Shown: positions 39,353 to 51,900 of the stretch, in pieces | Position numbering within the stretch: the stretch's first letter is position 1 | How the letters are laid out: every line of letters begins with the position of its first letter | DNA from: Paraspadella gotoi | Taxonomy: Eukaryota; Animalia; Chaetognatha | Assembly: GCA_051294375.1 (NCBI GenBank) | Contig: CM119266.1 | Coordinates: 17,664,087 to 17,728,086, forward strand | Direction: 5' to 3' | Length of the DNA stretch: 64,000 nucleotides | Translations under genes and position numbers: made by a program | The notes under the pieces: generated by a model | Told to the model about the DNA's origin: nothing | The model's input: the letters and a program-made list of their open reading frames with translations, nothing else | Databases searched by the model: none

Positions 39353-42300
39353 ATGGAGACAGCGCAGGACATTCCTGCTCAGCAGCAGCAGGAAATCGTC
39401 GTGACGACAGAAGAATTGATTCGACTGCAGCAATTGCAGCAACAAATCGACGAACAGCAGCAAGAAGAGAATGGCTCGAACGGTTCGTCCGTCCTGCCGT
39501 CGGGCTGCTTGCCCGTTGATCCTTCGATGCCGAAGGAGGAGCTCGTTGTCAGACTTCAGAAATTGGCAAAGAGGCTTCAGGGTGAGGATTACGGGCAATT
39601 TTCGTATTTAACTTTTTCCCCCGGTTTTCTGTCCTCACCTTTCCTGCCTTTTTCTCTCTTCTCTCTTTAAGAAACGCCTCAAGAGAACGAAGAAAAGTTC
39701 CGCCCCTTGGCGACGTCTCTCGCCAGCCACGCTTACTTTGTCCACGCCTCCTCCGACGTACGCCTCCTGGTCGCCCTCATCGTCGCCGAACTTTTTCGCA
39801 TTAACGCCCCCGAGGCGCCATTCGAAGGCGACGCCCTCTTGCGGGAAATCTTCGCATTTCTCACCAAACAGTTAGAAGGAATCCGGGACCCCAACGGTCG
39901 ACATTTTAACCGACACTATTATCTCTTGGAAAACTTGGCTTGGGTCAAGCCTTTTAACATTTGTTTGGGTGAGAAAGAGAGATTTTGGTTTAGAAGTGGT
40001 TATATTACATAATAAATATTAATAAAATAAAATTAATATATTACGTAATATTACATACTATTGTATAGTCTTGTCCGGTTTTATAGCAGGGTGGTGTATA
40101 TATATATATTATTCATAACATCTTTCTTCATTCATTATTTTTAACATCCTTCCTTGTTATTATTTTTTTCCCCAAACCAATCAATCAGTCCGGCTTATCT
40201 TACTCATATCATCAACAACACCCCAATTACCCCCTCCCACTTCTCACCCAGACCTTCCCGCGGAGATAAACCAGCCCATCTTCGTCGACCTTTTCCGACT
40301 CATCTTCTCCGTCGTCATCGACGATCAGACGCCCAAAGTTCGAGTGCTGATGATGGACATGTTGTGGCCTTTGATCCTAGAAGCTGACGAAGTCTCAACC
40401 GAATTGGTAGCCATTCCTCTCTCCCACCTCCTCCCCACAGTCAAGTCCAACCGGCGGGTGGCCTACGGTCTCGCCAAGGTGCTCGTCGAGAAGTGCGCCG
40501 AGCAGATGGCGCCGCCCTTCGTGCGTCTCGCCTCGAGGGTGCTGCACGGGGGAGAGGTAGGAAAATACGATTTTTGCGAGGCTTGTTTTGTATTTTAGTT
40601 TTAGTAGTTGTCTATCGTTTACCCTCACGTTTAATCTCTAATGCAACGCCCCCCTTTTTCTCTCAGGCCGCGCCCCCTTTCACCCGTGAAGAATCTCTCA
40701 TCGCCTCCCGCTTCTTCGACGTCGTCCTCGAACTTCACCAGATTGCGCCCGAGTTGCTCATTCCAGTTTTGCCTCACTTCGAGACCAGATTGTTGAGGTC
40801 AAAGCCGAACAAGGTAAGGCTCTTGACGGTTTTGTCGAATAAAATTGGTATTTTTTATTCTAATTAAAGTGATTCACCAACTCAAAGTTGTATCATTATT
40901 TTATTTTGTATCTTCCTATGACTTTTTTCGGATAAATTCATGAAGATATTAAGTTAAGCGAAGGTCTAAAACAAAACAGGCGATCGTATGCGTTACATTA
41001 ATCGTGAAAGTTTATTTCCTGCATCCTCCCCAGGAACGACTTGAAATGACCCAACTCCTTTGTCGCCTCTTCAACTCCCGAGCGACCGCGCTCTTCCAAC
41101 GCGTCCCAGGTACCTGGGCGGCGCTGCTTCGCCAATTTTCTGACCCCCACGTACCTGTTCGCAGCGCCTGCATCCAGATGACGTCGCACATCTTCCTCAA
41201 TCACCCGGAGCGTGTCGCCGACGTGGTGGAGCCCTTGAAGGAATGCGGACGCAACTCCGACGAGTCCGTCCGCTTCCACGTAGTGCAGGCCATCCTAAAT
41301 TCGGCCAAAAAGAGTTTCGCTTCCGTGCCGGACGAGGCCATTGAAATCGTCAGCGAACGCGTCTTCGATAAGAGATTCAAGATTCGGAAAGAGTCGGTCA
41401 CCGGACTCGCCGTCATTTACAATCAGGTGGTTGTGGATCGGAGACCAGACGTTTTCATGAAAGCATCGTGGGCAGTCAATAATAATTTAAACGTCTTCCT
41501 ACGTTTATTACTTTTCATTTCAATGAATTTCGTTACTTATTCCTGTTTTTGTTTCCCAGATCGCCAATTCAAACTCTTCCTCCTCCGCCCTCCTTTCCCG
41601 CGTGACCTGGATCCCCGGGAAAGTCATGCAATATTACTTCCTCAAGACGATCGAGGACAAGCTGCTTGCGGAGAGCGTGATGGTCAACCATTTGGTGCCC
41701 AAGCACCTCGACGCCGAGGCCAAATCGATCAAGCTCTACGAGTTGTACGTCAATCTAAGCGAGGCCGGACAAATATCTTTCAGGTTCGCGGGATGGTGGA
41801 GATAGAATAAGAAAATGGTATTTAATGAAACTAGTGATTATTAGTTTTTGTATCTTTTGCCGTAAAGTGAAACAAATACACAAATACAAATATACAATGT
41901 ACTATAGAGGGGTGTGCGCTCTGCTCTAGGGCGAGGTGATACTTGTAAAATAAAAATCGAAATAGAAAGAAACCTTTAAAATTATAATAAAAATTTAATT
42001 TCAGCATTTATAACCAACTTAATGATCGAATTTTTTTAAAAAAATGTTTTTATATAAACTTTTTACAAGGAATTCGAAAAGATTGAAAAATCATTTGATA
42101 TTCGATCTTATTACATTATATTTACACTGTTTAAATGTGATTCAGTGCTTTTTTTTTTAAATTTCATTTACATACAAGTTTTCATTATATATGTATTGAA
42201 TTTTGATTGAACGATTCCACTACTGTGTGTAATGATATGTTGTTTAGTGGTATTATTAGTGGCTCCTGACTTAACTAACCTTATTCGAGGTAGAAGCATG

Positions 42301-45300
42301 CACTACTGAGTACTGTCTTAATAAATGAAACTGATACAATATACAAATGAAATTGAACTCATTTATCCACCCCCCACCTCCTTGCACACTACCACAGAAA
42401 CTACCTCTCAATGCAGGGCATCCTGCGATCGCTGGTCGGACAACTGGAGCAGTGCGCCTGCGATAGCTCAGTCCAGGGAGGAGTGGCCTCCAAGGAGGAA
42501 GAGGCCAATCGATTGATGATCAGGATCGCCCGCTACCTGCCTAATCCCGTACGGGCCAAGAATCATTTGGCCAGGTCAGAATTGGGCTGGTGGGGGAAAT
42601 TCCGATCTTCGTAAGTATATATATCAGGTTTACGTCGAGTTATTTACTTCTCAGGTTTTACTCTCGTTTATTCCTGATTTAAGGTTCTACTCTTTGCTCC
42701 GCGACGAGTTTGCTGCCCGAAAATCTCTCTTAATGATGTTGAGTTCTGACGCGGCGCATCAACGGGCGGCCGAAGGATCGGCGGCGCTATTGAAGAAGTG
42801 CGGTTCCCCCACCGCAACCAATCTCTTTTATCAGGTCTTTTTGTGAAGCCTTTACGGCCTTTTCTAATTTCGGTCGTGCTATGGCAACAGCCGGGTTGCC
42901 TGCAGAGTGGTAAAAAACCTGGGCTTTTTTTTTGCGTATTTTTTTTGGGGGGCGGGCTTTTTTTTGCGTTTTTTTGGGTTTTTTAAATAGTAGATAGCAG
43001 ATATTAATCGTTAAATAGGTTTAGGGTTATTTTTAATCATTAAAATATATATTAAGGTTTGTAAAAATGATAAATCTTATATGATTTAAATTTTTTTTAG
43101 CTGGTTTCTTTTGTTTTGTTTTTTTTGGGGGGTTTAATGTCTGGTTGCCTGTGATGCCTATTGGGATGGGGCATCGCACTGTTGGCTTTAGGGGCTTCCG
43201 ACCCTCAGTGGCGCCCCTTGCCACTGGCGCGGTTACCCTAAAACGGTCTCGCTTTGCCAACGCAGGGGGATGTCGTTAAGACAGTTAATGGAACTTAACG
43301 TGTAAAATAGTGCGTTCTCCCTTTGAGCTAATTGGATTGGCTGAATGGAGGTGAGGCGGTGTGAATATACCGTTACATTACATTTATTATTGTGTAATGT
43401 ATATTGTCCTGATTCTTGCTCAATGCTCAATGTGGTTTGCCAATACTATCAACGGCGTGGACCATGGCCGCGTCCCATTCCGTTTCATGTTCCTTTTGGT
43501 CATTGGTCAGGCGTCAGCTGTTTAAAGATCCAAAAAGAGGACGACCAATCACGTCACCAAGCCGGCTAAGTTCGTCTATAGATCCGTTTCGCTGAAGGTT
43601 TTATCTTTTATTCCTTCTCCTTCCCAGTGCATGCGCAATCTCTTCACCCGCCTCTTCCCCGTTTACATCGACCGGGTCACGATCGACTGCCTCCTCCGTC
43701 ACGTCTCGGCGCAACTCGCCAACGAGGACGCCAACGAGTCGTCCGTCTCGGCGGGGCCCTTGAGCGGCGTCCCCCTCGTCGGCCTCGTGGGGCTTGACCT
43801 CTTGAAGGCCATGGCCTCCACCACGCCCGAAGCCTTCGCCACCAACGACTGCCTCTCCACGTTGCTCTGCTTGTTGGACAGTTCCAGGTTTGGCGAAGTC
43901 TTGTTGTTTGTCTTGTCTCCTGTCCTGTTTCATATCTTTATAGGAGAGTAAATTTTGGTTCAGTTTAATTAGGTGGAGTACCATATTATTGTATTTAATA
44001 TGCATATTGTATGTTTATTTTATCATTTGATTCTGCTATACCTTGTCTCGTGTCTTATTATGTGTTTTGTCTTGTGTTACGTTGTGTCTTGTCTTGCTTT
44101 GTGTTTTCTTTTTCCCCTCACACCCCTCCCGCCCCATCCCGCCCCCTTTCCTAGACCTCCCGCCAGCACTGCCTCCCTTTACATCCTCCACAAAATCGGG
44201 GAGAGCCTCATCGAAAAATTCCCCGACGCTGCGGCGGCGATCCTGCCGCGTCTTGGTGAGGTCATCCTTGCGGCCGAAGACGCGGCGCGAGTCAAGCACG
44301 CCGTCCTCTGCATCGGCCAGTTTTTCAAAGGAGTCGAGGGTCTCGACGAGCAGTTGGAGGCCATCTGGGCCGAGCTGCTTAAGAATCTCCACTTTGACAA
44401 CGAGAAATTGGAGGTGCGTTGGCGGGCGGAGTAAATGGATTGGGTGAAATGTCGGAAAGGCCGCAGGGGCGAAGGAAAGAGGATGAGAAAAGATAAAGAG
44501 GATAATTAAAGAACAGCGGAGTTAAGACAAAATTAAGAAAGGACGTAGAAGAAATCTTCTTTTTCTTAACCTTAATCCTTTAATCTCTTCAGGCGACCGT
44601 CGTTGCCTTGGGTCACCTATCCACCCTCGGCGCCTCCATTGCCGCCTCCCGCCTCAAGCCTCATATCGCCAAATTCTTCATGGGCGAATTGATGCTGAAA
44701 AATCGGGAGGCGGAGTCTACACTCGACACCCTCAAGGCGCCCAAGTCGAAGAAAGCTTGGGTCAGTGGCGATTATTATGTTATGATAATTATCCCTTAAT
44801 CCTTGAAATCGTTGGTTTTATCAATCAATGAAGAAGGTAAAGTGAAGTGAAGGTAAAGAATTAGATTGACAAATGACGATCTTTACCTTTGTTGATTTCG
44901 GAGCAATGTTAAAGGTGTTGACAGACACGATGACAAATGAGACTATTATAAATATTTAATTAATAATTATGTAATTAAATTTTTTGATTAGATTCTCGAA
45001 GGTTTGTTTCTTGAGGAATAATTTTCGTTTTTTCTTATTTGTTTGTTCTCTTAACTATCCCAGCCTTTGTCGGTCCTTGGTCAGTTTGAGGTTAGTGTGA
45101 GACGACGACTTATCACATCACAAGGCCGACGAAGTCCGTCTATAGGTCCATTTCGTTAATGAGAGAATGATAGTAATTTAACGACGAAACCTTTTAGCTT
45201 CCTCGTCGGGAGATGCAACGAGAGGCGCGGATTCGAGTCGAGGTGGTCAAGATGATGACGCGTTATTCTTTGGCTCTCATAGCCGCTGACCCAAAGAACC

Positions 45301-48147
45301 AACCAAGCCAACCCACCCTCAAAACGGCCTTTTCCACCATGCGGCTCTTGGGTAAGTTTAATTATAATTTAGTATAATTATAATTTAGTAATGATTAATA
45401 ATAAAAATATTATTAAGGCCGTATCCTGGAGACAGAGGGCAACCTCTCTTCTAGCGCGTCCACCACCAAAGTAGAAGCGGCGCATCTCCGCCTAGTCGCC
45501 GCCAACGCCTTCCTTAAATTGGCCAACTTCGCTGCCCACCGGAAAATCGCCGATCTCATCACCAACGAATGGTGGGGTCACGAGTTTCTTTTTTTTTTCT
45601 CTCCAAATCCGACTCGTTCGTTAATACGGAACTTTTTTCAAAGGTTCATCCTCTGCGCCCTCGTGATCAACGATCCTAAGCAAGAGGTGCGCCAGCTCTT
45701 CGCCAAAAAGCTCCACCGAAAACTCCTCAATTTCGACCTTCCGCTCCCCTACATGGCCGTCTTCTGCTTGGCCGCCAACGACCCCAACAAGGACAACAAG
45801 GTCAAGGCGCGCAAATTTCTCGTGGACAACATCAATCAGCGACGCGATTCCTTGCAAATTATGCAGAACGACGGAAAACTCACCAACAGGGTGAGAGAAA
45901 GATGGAAGGGGTGGAAGGTACCGCGATTGGGAGGTTTTTGCGTGGATTTAACAGCTTTTTGAGTCATATTTAATTTTAATTTTCAATAATCAATCATTAA
46001 TCATTGATCTGTGTTTTCATAATTATAATTTTTTTTCTCAAATGTTCTATTACGATCCGTTTGTTGTTATCGCGTCATCAGGTTTTACAAAGAAAAATAT
46101 GAGCGTAATAAATGGTCTTATTTGTGTAATCGAACTAGTAAGGTTATAATTGTTTTATGGTTATAAAAACGTATAAAAGCTTTCAAAAATATACATTATG
46201 GCAATGGGAGGATAGCCTGTGATACCTGGGGCGCTGGGTATCTCACCAACTGGCGTAGGGGCTGCGGACCCTCAGTGACCGCCTCCTGTCACTGGCATGT
46301 TTATACCGGAACCGTCACATTTAAGCCAGAACCGGGATACCCAGGGATTGAACCCAGGATGCACGGATGGAATGAGATGATTTAGCCTGCTCAGCTATTG
46401 AGACGAGGCTGAGGACGGACAGCAGTGAGGCAGCTTTAAGTCTTGCTGCCACAGGATCCCCCCACCAGACTTCTCCACAGGGGCCTCAATCCTGAGGAGA
46501 TGTCTGAGAGAAGGTTTTGATCTCATTGCCATAGTGAGAGCGAGCGGGCGAGCGAGCGAGTCTGGAGCGTTACCAGAGAAGTAGGGCATAGGCGTGATAT
46601 GCATACCCTAAGCGACGTAAACATCGGCGCACGGTGCGCAGCGGTTGCGTGTTCGAGAGTAGGGCTCACCACTTATGACAACGGGAGGATAGCCTGTGAT
46701 ACCTGGGGCGCGGGGTATCTCACCAACTGGCGTAGGGGCTGCGGACCCTCAGTGACCGCCTCCTGTCACTGGCATGTTTATACCGGAACCGTCACATTTA
46801 AGCCAGAACCGGGATACCCAGGGATTGAACCCGGGACGCACGGATGGAATGAGATGATTTAGCCTGCTCAGCCATTGAGACGAAGCTGAGGACGGACAGC
46901 AGTGAGGCAGCTTTAAGTCTTGCTGCCACAACATTTTATTATTTTACATGTTTTCCCTCCAGGTCCTCCCCTTCCTCCTCCCTGAATACGTCCTCCCATA
47001 CGCCATCCACCTGCTAGCCCACGACACCGACTTGTCGAGCCACTCCAACGTCCCCGCCCTCCGCAACATCCGGGAATGCCTCTGGTTCCTCCTCGAGCCG
47101 CTCGTCAAACACGCCGCTTACTCTTACGACTTTTTCCGAAAGATGATCGAGGATTTGAAGAGATGCAAAGACGCGTCGACGCCGACGGACGAAGAGGCCA
47201 ACCTCAAACTCTATGCCGTCTGCGATTTAGCCATGAATCTTCTCATGAACAAACGTCAGGCGTCCAACGTGAGGGCAGGGAGCGAAGCCTCCTGGTTAGC
47301 TGGAGGGAATCCTTTAATTCCGAAGAAGATCTTCGTCGGATACGATCCCGCGTTTAATAACTCTACGGTACGAAATGTTTTATTTAATTCTTAATAGCCT
47401 ATTTTGAAATTTAATGTTAACGGTTCAGATCAAAATGGTGCAGCTCATATTATTCTATGAAATTGGTACAACCAATATAAAAATTATCCATTCATTTAAT
47501 AAATAAGCTATCTTGCCCCTGACTTTGGACAGGCTTTGGTGGTTTAAGGCCTCCATCACTCTTACAAGATAATGACATAGCAGGTCCCTGCAAGCTTTCA
47601 ATCAAGACTCTCTCACAGTCTCGTTTATTCACTCCCAGAGTACCTGGCTTCCCTATCAATGAAGTGGAAAATATTTCAAAGAATGTTTCAATTGTATGAA
47701 ACTCCAATGTTACTCCCCGACTAGGTTTATTTACCGCCAGAATTGACGGGGGGAACCAAAGTGGCGGGACGGAGCGGCGGCGGCGGTTGGAGCGGCGGCG
47801 CCGCGGGTTCTGCCAGGCCGAGCGACGTGATTCGAACGACGGCGACGTTGATCATCCGACAAGCTGACGAAGACGACGAAGTCGATGTCTTCGACGATGA
47901 CGACGACGACGACGAAACGAGAAACGTCGCCGACGACGACGAAACGAGAAACGTCGCCGACGACGACGACGACGAACGAGACGACGACAACAGCGTCCAC
48001 ACTTCGCTCGAGGCTCATTTGTCGTCACCGGCGCCGTCGACGTCTTCTGCTGCGCAGACGCCGCCGTGTAACGCGTCGTCGCAAGAGGTGCTGTTTGACA
48101 GCGAAGAGGATGCGCCGCTGGCGAAGAGGCTCAAGATCAGCGGATGA
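39353..48147 (+). CDS. PDS5: Sister chromatid cohesion protein PDS5, 16 exons, ~1330 aa
   Basis: Exons 39353-39581, 39672-39968, 40252-40556, 40667-40813, 41034-41426, 41560-41783, 42398-42574, 42684-42834, 43628-43887, 44155-44413, 44593-44760, 45198-45351, 45418-45571, 45644-45890, 46963-47367, 47725-48147 total 3993 nt. Motifs DVRLLVA..FRINAPEAPF, YYLLENLAWVK, HLRLVAA..LKLA, VRQLFAKKLH, LLPEYVLPYAIHLLAHD, KLYAVCDLA. Confidence 0.93.
42880..43377 (-). mobile_element. Solo LTR (TRIM-related family) interrupted by a hAT-type MITE
   Basis: TATGGCAACAGCCGGGTTGCCTG|insert|GTTGCCTGTGATG...GTTACA aligns with 51667-51921. Confidence 0.8.
42903..43143. mobile_element. 241-bp hAT-type MITE
   Basis: CAG...CTG ends; 8-bp TSD GTTGCCTG at 42895-42902 and 43144-43151. 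Confidence 0.8.
46197..46930 (-). mobile_element. Complete TRIM with tRNA-like LTRs (Helenus-like) in a PDS5 intron
   Basis: Two 257-bp direct repeats (46197-46453, 46674-46930) with termini TGTGGC..(GC/GT)CATA on the minus strand, a 220-bp interior, a PBS-like TGGTGAGCCC 2 nt after the 5' LTR, a G-rich PPT-like GGTGGGGGGATCC before the 3' LTR, and a 4-bp TSD ACAT. Confidence 0.9.
47457..47701. repeat. Dispersed copy of the ~330-bp repeat family (also ~20180-20362 and tandem at 49471-50586)
   Basis: Shared core CTGACTTTGGACAGG.TTTGGTGGTTTAAGGC.TCCATCAC...ATCAATGAAGTGG. Confidence 0.85.
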
Positions 48148-48466
48148 GGCGAGGGAGGAAAGAATAAGAGCGACGACAATTCCGACGGATAGAGAGACAT
48201 CACTGATTCTTATAATTCGCATTCATTTCCAGTCAAGTTTGACTTTTTTATTTTCCGACAAAATCGTTGCGATGGATTCGACTCAAAACAGAGTCACTGC
48301 TAAACTTTTCATTTTTGCTCTTCGCTTCTATTTAAAAAAAGAATTAAAACAATTTTTTTAAAATTTTGTTTCCTTTTGATTACAATTTTTTTTCATCTTC
48401 ACTTCATTAAATCCGTTTCTCAACGCTTTGCTTTTCATGTTGCAAACAAAAAATATTTGTTGTCGA

Positions 48467-48575
48467 AAATCAGCAGCACCTTTGGAGCTGGATGTCATAC
48501 AGGATCCTACCAGCCCGAAGGACTCGGGTTCGTGCCATGCACAAGAGAGCGAGACGGGATGTCTAGGCTCACCAA
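48467..48575 (+). mobile_element. Diverged second copy of the tRNA-SINE-like repeat
   Basis: AATCAGCAGCACCT...AAGGACTCGGGTTCG...CACAAG...GACGGG..GTCTA matches 18965 onward. Confidence 0.6.
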
Positions 48576-48919
48576 TACTGACTATAGTGGCGGTACTGTC
48601 CTGAAACTCGTCTGCATGGTCTTACGCATTTTTAAAGAAATTTTTTCGTCGTTCATTTTGTTTTTTACGTTGAATTTGCTTAACGTTGGATCAAAAATAA
48701 ACTCATTTCGTTTGTGATTATTTAATAAGGCCGTACGTATGATTATGATTAAATATCATAGCCTTGCATTTTATTTCTCCCTAATTTTTTCTAGCTCAAA
48801 CGATTCAGTTATGCTTATATTTTTTTCCTTTTTAGTTGAAAAAAAAAATGCTCTCGCATAAAAAAACTTCATCAACATTAGATTCTCTATATCGACCTAA
48901 TTAAAGAGATTTGAAAAAA

Positions 48920-51900
48920 ATGTCGGTGATCGACGCGGAAGACGACGGCGCCGACGATCATATCGGCACAGCGGGCGGTGCCGCGCGGCCAGCGTCACTG
49001 GCTCCGCAGGCGGAACCTCGACTGAGAACGAAGCGTACGACGACCAGCAATCGCGGACGCTTGCGTCCGATGAGCATCCACATCTTCGAAGACCTGGAGA
49101 AGTCAGGCGTTTTGCCCACTGAGACGCTTTCCTCCTACAAGGTTGGGGTTTGGGTTTGGGAAAGTAAATGATGGGGTTGAAGGATCATAAATTATCGAAT
49201 TATTATATTATTAGACATCTACTGAGATATAGACGTACCTTACTTAATTGGCCTTTGATGTCATGTTCGTCCACTTTTTGTATCAGCTAACGGTTGATAA
49301 TGATTAATGATCAATCACAGATCTAAGCAATGGTAAACAAAAATAAATGCTTTTGAATTCCATCGACCACTTGTTCTCTTTCTTGCTCTGTGAGTTGAAA
49401 TTACGTCTTCGATTGGTCAGATGTATAAGTCTAAACGTCCATTATATAAATATATAAATAAATTTGTTAAATGAAATTTGTACAACCAATATAAAAATTA
49501 TCCAATATCCATTTAATAAATAAGCTATCTTGTCCCTGACTTTGGACAGGCTTTGGTGGTTTAAGGCCTCCATCACACTTGCAAGATAATAACATAACAG
49601 GTTTCTGCAAGCTTTTAATCAAGCCTCTCTCACAGACTTGTTTATTCACTCCCAGTGAACCTGGCTTCCTATCAATGAAGTGGTATAATATTTTCAAAGA
49701 ATGTTTCAATTGTATGAAAAGACCACTCCCTTAAGTATTAGATCAGGGAATACTATATTGTACTCCGCACTAGCATCAAAATACAAGGAGCTGAATTTTA
49801 TGAAATTGGTACAACCAATATAAAAATTATCCATCCATTTAATAAATAAGCTATCTTGTCCCTGACTTTGGACAGGCTTTGGTGGTTTAAGGCCTCCATC
49901 ACACTTGCAAGATAATAACGTTGACGTTTAGTCAAATAACGAGGGTAAATAATAAGTGGCAAAGTATTTGGTTGACAATGGTTTTATTTAATGACGGACA
50001 ATGATTAGGTGATGACATAGGTAACGATGACACGATAACAAAGGTTAAGACAAAGGTGATGACAATATTAAATGGTTCAATAATTATTTGAAGAAGAGTT
50101 CTTTCTTGAGTTTGGGTGTAAGAGGTGAATGCCTAGAGTTCTCTTAGCAATTTTGACCATCCATCCCTCCGTCGGTTCCTCTGTCGGTCATTGGTCATTC
50201 TAAGGTTGAAGTAAGGTCTGTGATTGGTCGGCATTCTGATGATTCGTGAAGGAGATGAGCAATCACATCACTAAGCCAACCAAGTCCGTTTATAGGTCCA
50301 TTCCGTTGATTATAACATAACAGGTTTCTGCAAGCTTTTAATCAAACCTCTCTCACAGACTTGTTTATTCACTCCCAGTGAACATGGCTTCCCTATCAAT
50401 GAAGTGGTATAATATTTCAAAGAATGTTTCAATTGTATGAAAAGACCACTCCCTTAAGTATTAGATCGGGAATACTATATTGTACTCCGCACTAGCATCA
50501 AAATACAAGGAGCTGAATTTTATGAAATTGGTACAACCAATATAAAAATTATCCATCCTTTTAATAAATAAGCTATCTTGTCCCTGAAATTTAATTCCTC
50601 CTCTACTTCCCGTCCCCTTAAGTGTTTGGCCCGCGACGAGCGCTTAAGTCGAACGATGCGGGCGATCAACGCCGTCGATTCGGGCGTCGCTGCGAGACTC
50701 TTCGGTAAGGAGCCAATAAAACTAATAATAATGACTAAATTACTATGTAACAACTGAAGATTACTAAAAATATCCAAATAAAAAAAATTGGTTCGCATAA
50801 TGAATTTTAATGATTGATTACGCGGTATGTACTATGTATGGGAGTTGGTGGACTTTATGACGGATGATACGTGAATTCGTTCTTTAGATAATGTAGTAAA
50901 TGGCTTGGATCTGGTGACCTAAGTCTTAAAATTTGGGTAATCAATAACTTGTACTTTTTCCCCCAAACGTTCTGACCTATGACCTTTAATTTTTTCTATC
51001 ATTTATAATCACACAGTTATCTGTTATCTGCTTCAGATAAATTCGTTATTATATGAATTCACAAAGGTCTATTAATAGTGCTGCAATGTACAAATAAGAT
51101 TCACGGCCCGAATTTTAATTTTAAAATTTCATCCCTATCCAGCATCTTCCTCCTCCCGGCCCAAGTCCATGTTCGACCTCAAAACCTCTTGTTCCTCCCC
51201 CGTCTCTTCTCCCAATTCATCTTCCGCCGCCGCCGCCCGCGACGCCGCCGCCCGCTGCCTCCAGCGCCACTTTCGCGGCGTCCTCGGGCGGCGCCTCTAC
51301 GCCGCCCGCCTCTACGAAGTCTACGCGGAAGAGGAGGAGCGTCAACGGAGGGAGATCGACCAGAAGTTGGAGGAGGCGGAGTTGTTGGTGGAGGAGGAGA
51401 GGATGAAGGTGGAGATGGAGGAGTTCGAGACGGTGAGGATGGGACATGTTGACTGTTGAGACCTGACGAGACATGACAGAAACTGACAAAACAAGATAAG
51501 GCGACGCGGAACATGACAAGTGGGACAAGGGACAACAGGAAGGAAAGGTGAGAGAAATGGAGGAATGGAGGAAAGGTTATATGGAAAGCAGGAAAAACAA
51601 AGATTTACCCCGTGAGCCAGAACGGATGGTACTAATAAAATCGCTTCCATTTTTCTATGTATTTAGTATGGCAACAGCCGGGTTGCCTGTGATGCCCATT
51701 GGGATGGGGCATCTCACTGTTGGCTTTGGGGGCTTCCGACCCTCAGTGACGCCTCCAGTCACTGGCGCGGTTACCCTAGGACGGTCTCGCTTTGCCAACG
51801 CAGAGGGAAGTCATTAGGACTGTGGATGGAACACTACGCCTGGGATGGTGTGTTCCCCCTCTGAGCCAATGGATTTGGCTGACGGATGGTGGACGTGAGG

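Noticed and set aside
46330-46430. Possible tRNA gene or hammerhead ribozyme (CTGAGGA) in the TRIM LTR
   Set aside because: Only A/B boxes and a T-arm are evident, not a full cloverleaf; CTGAGGA is not followed by stem II plus GAAA.
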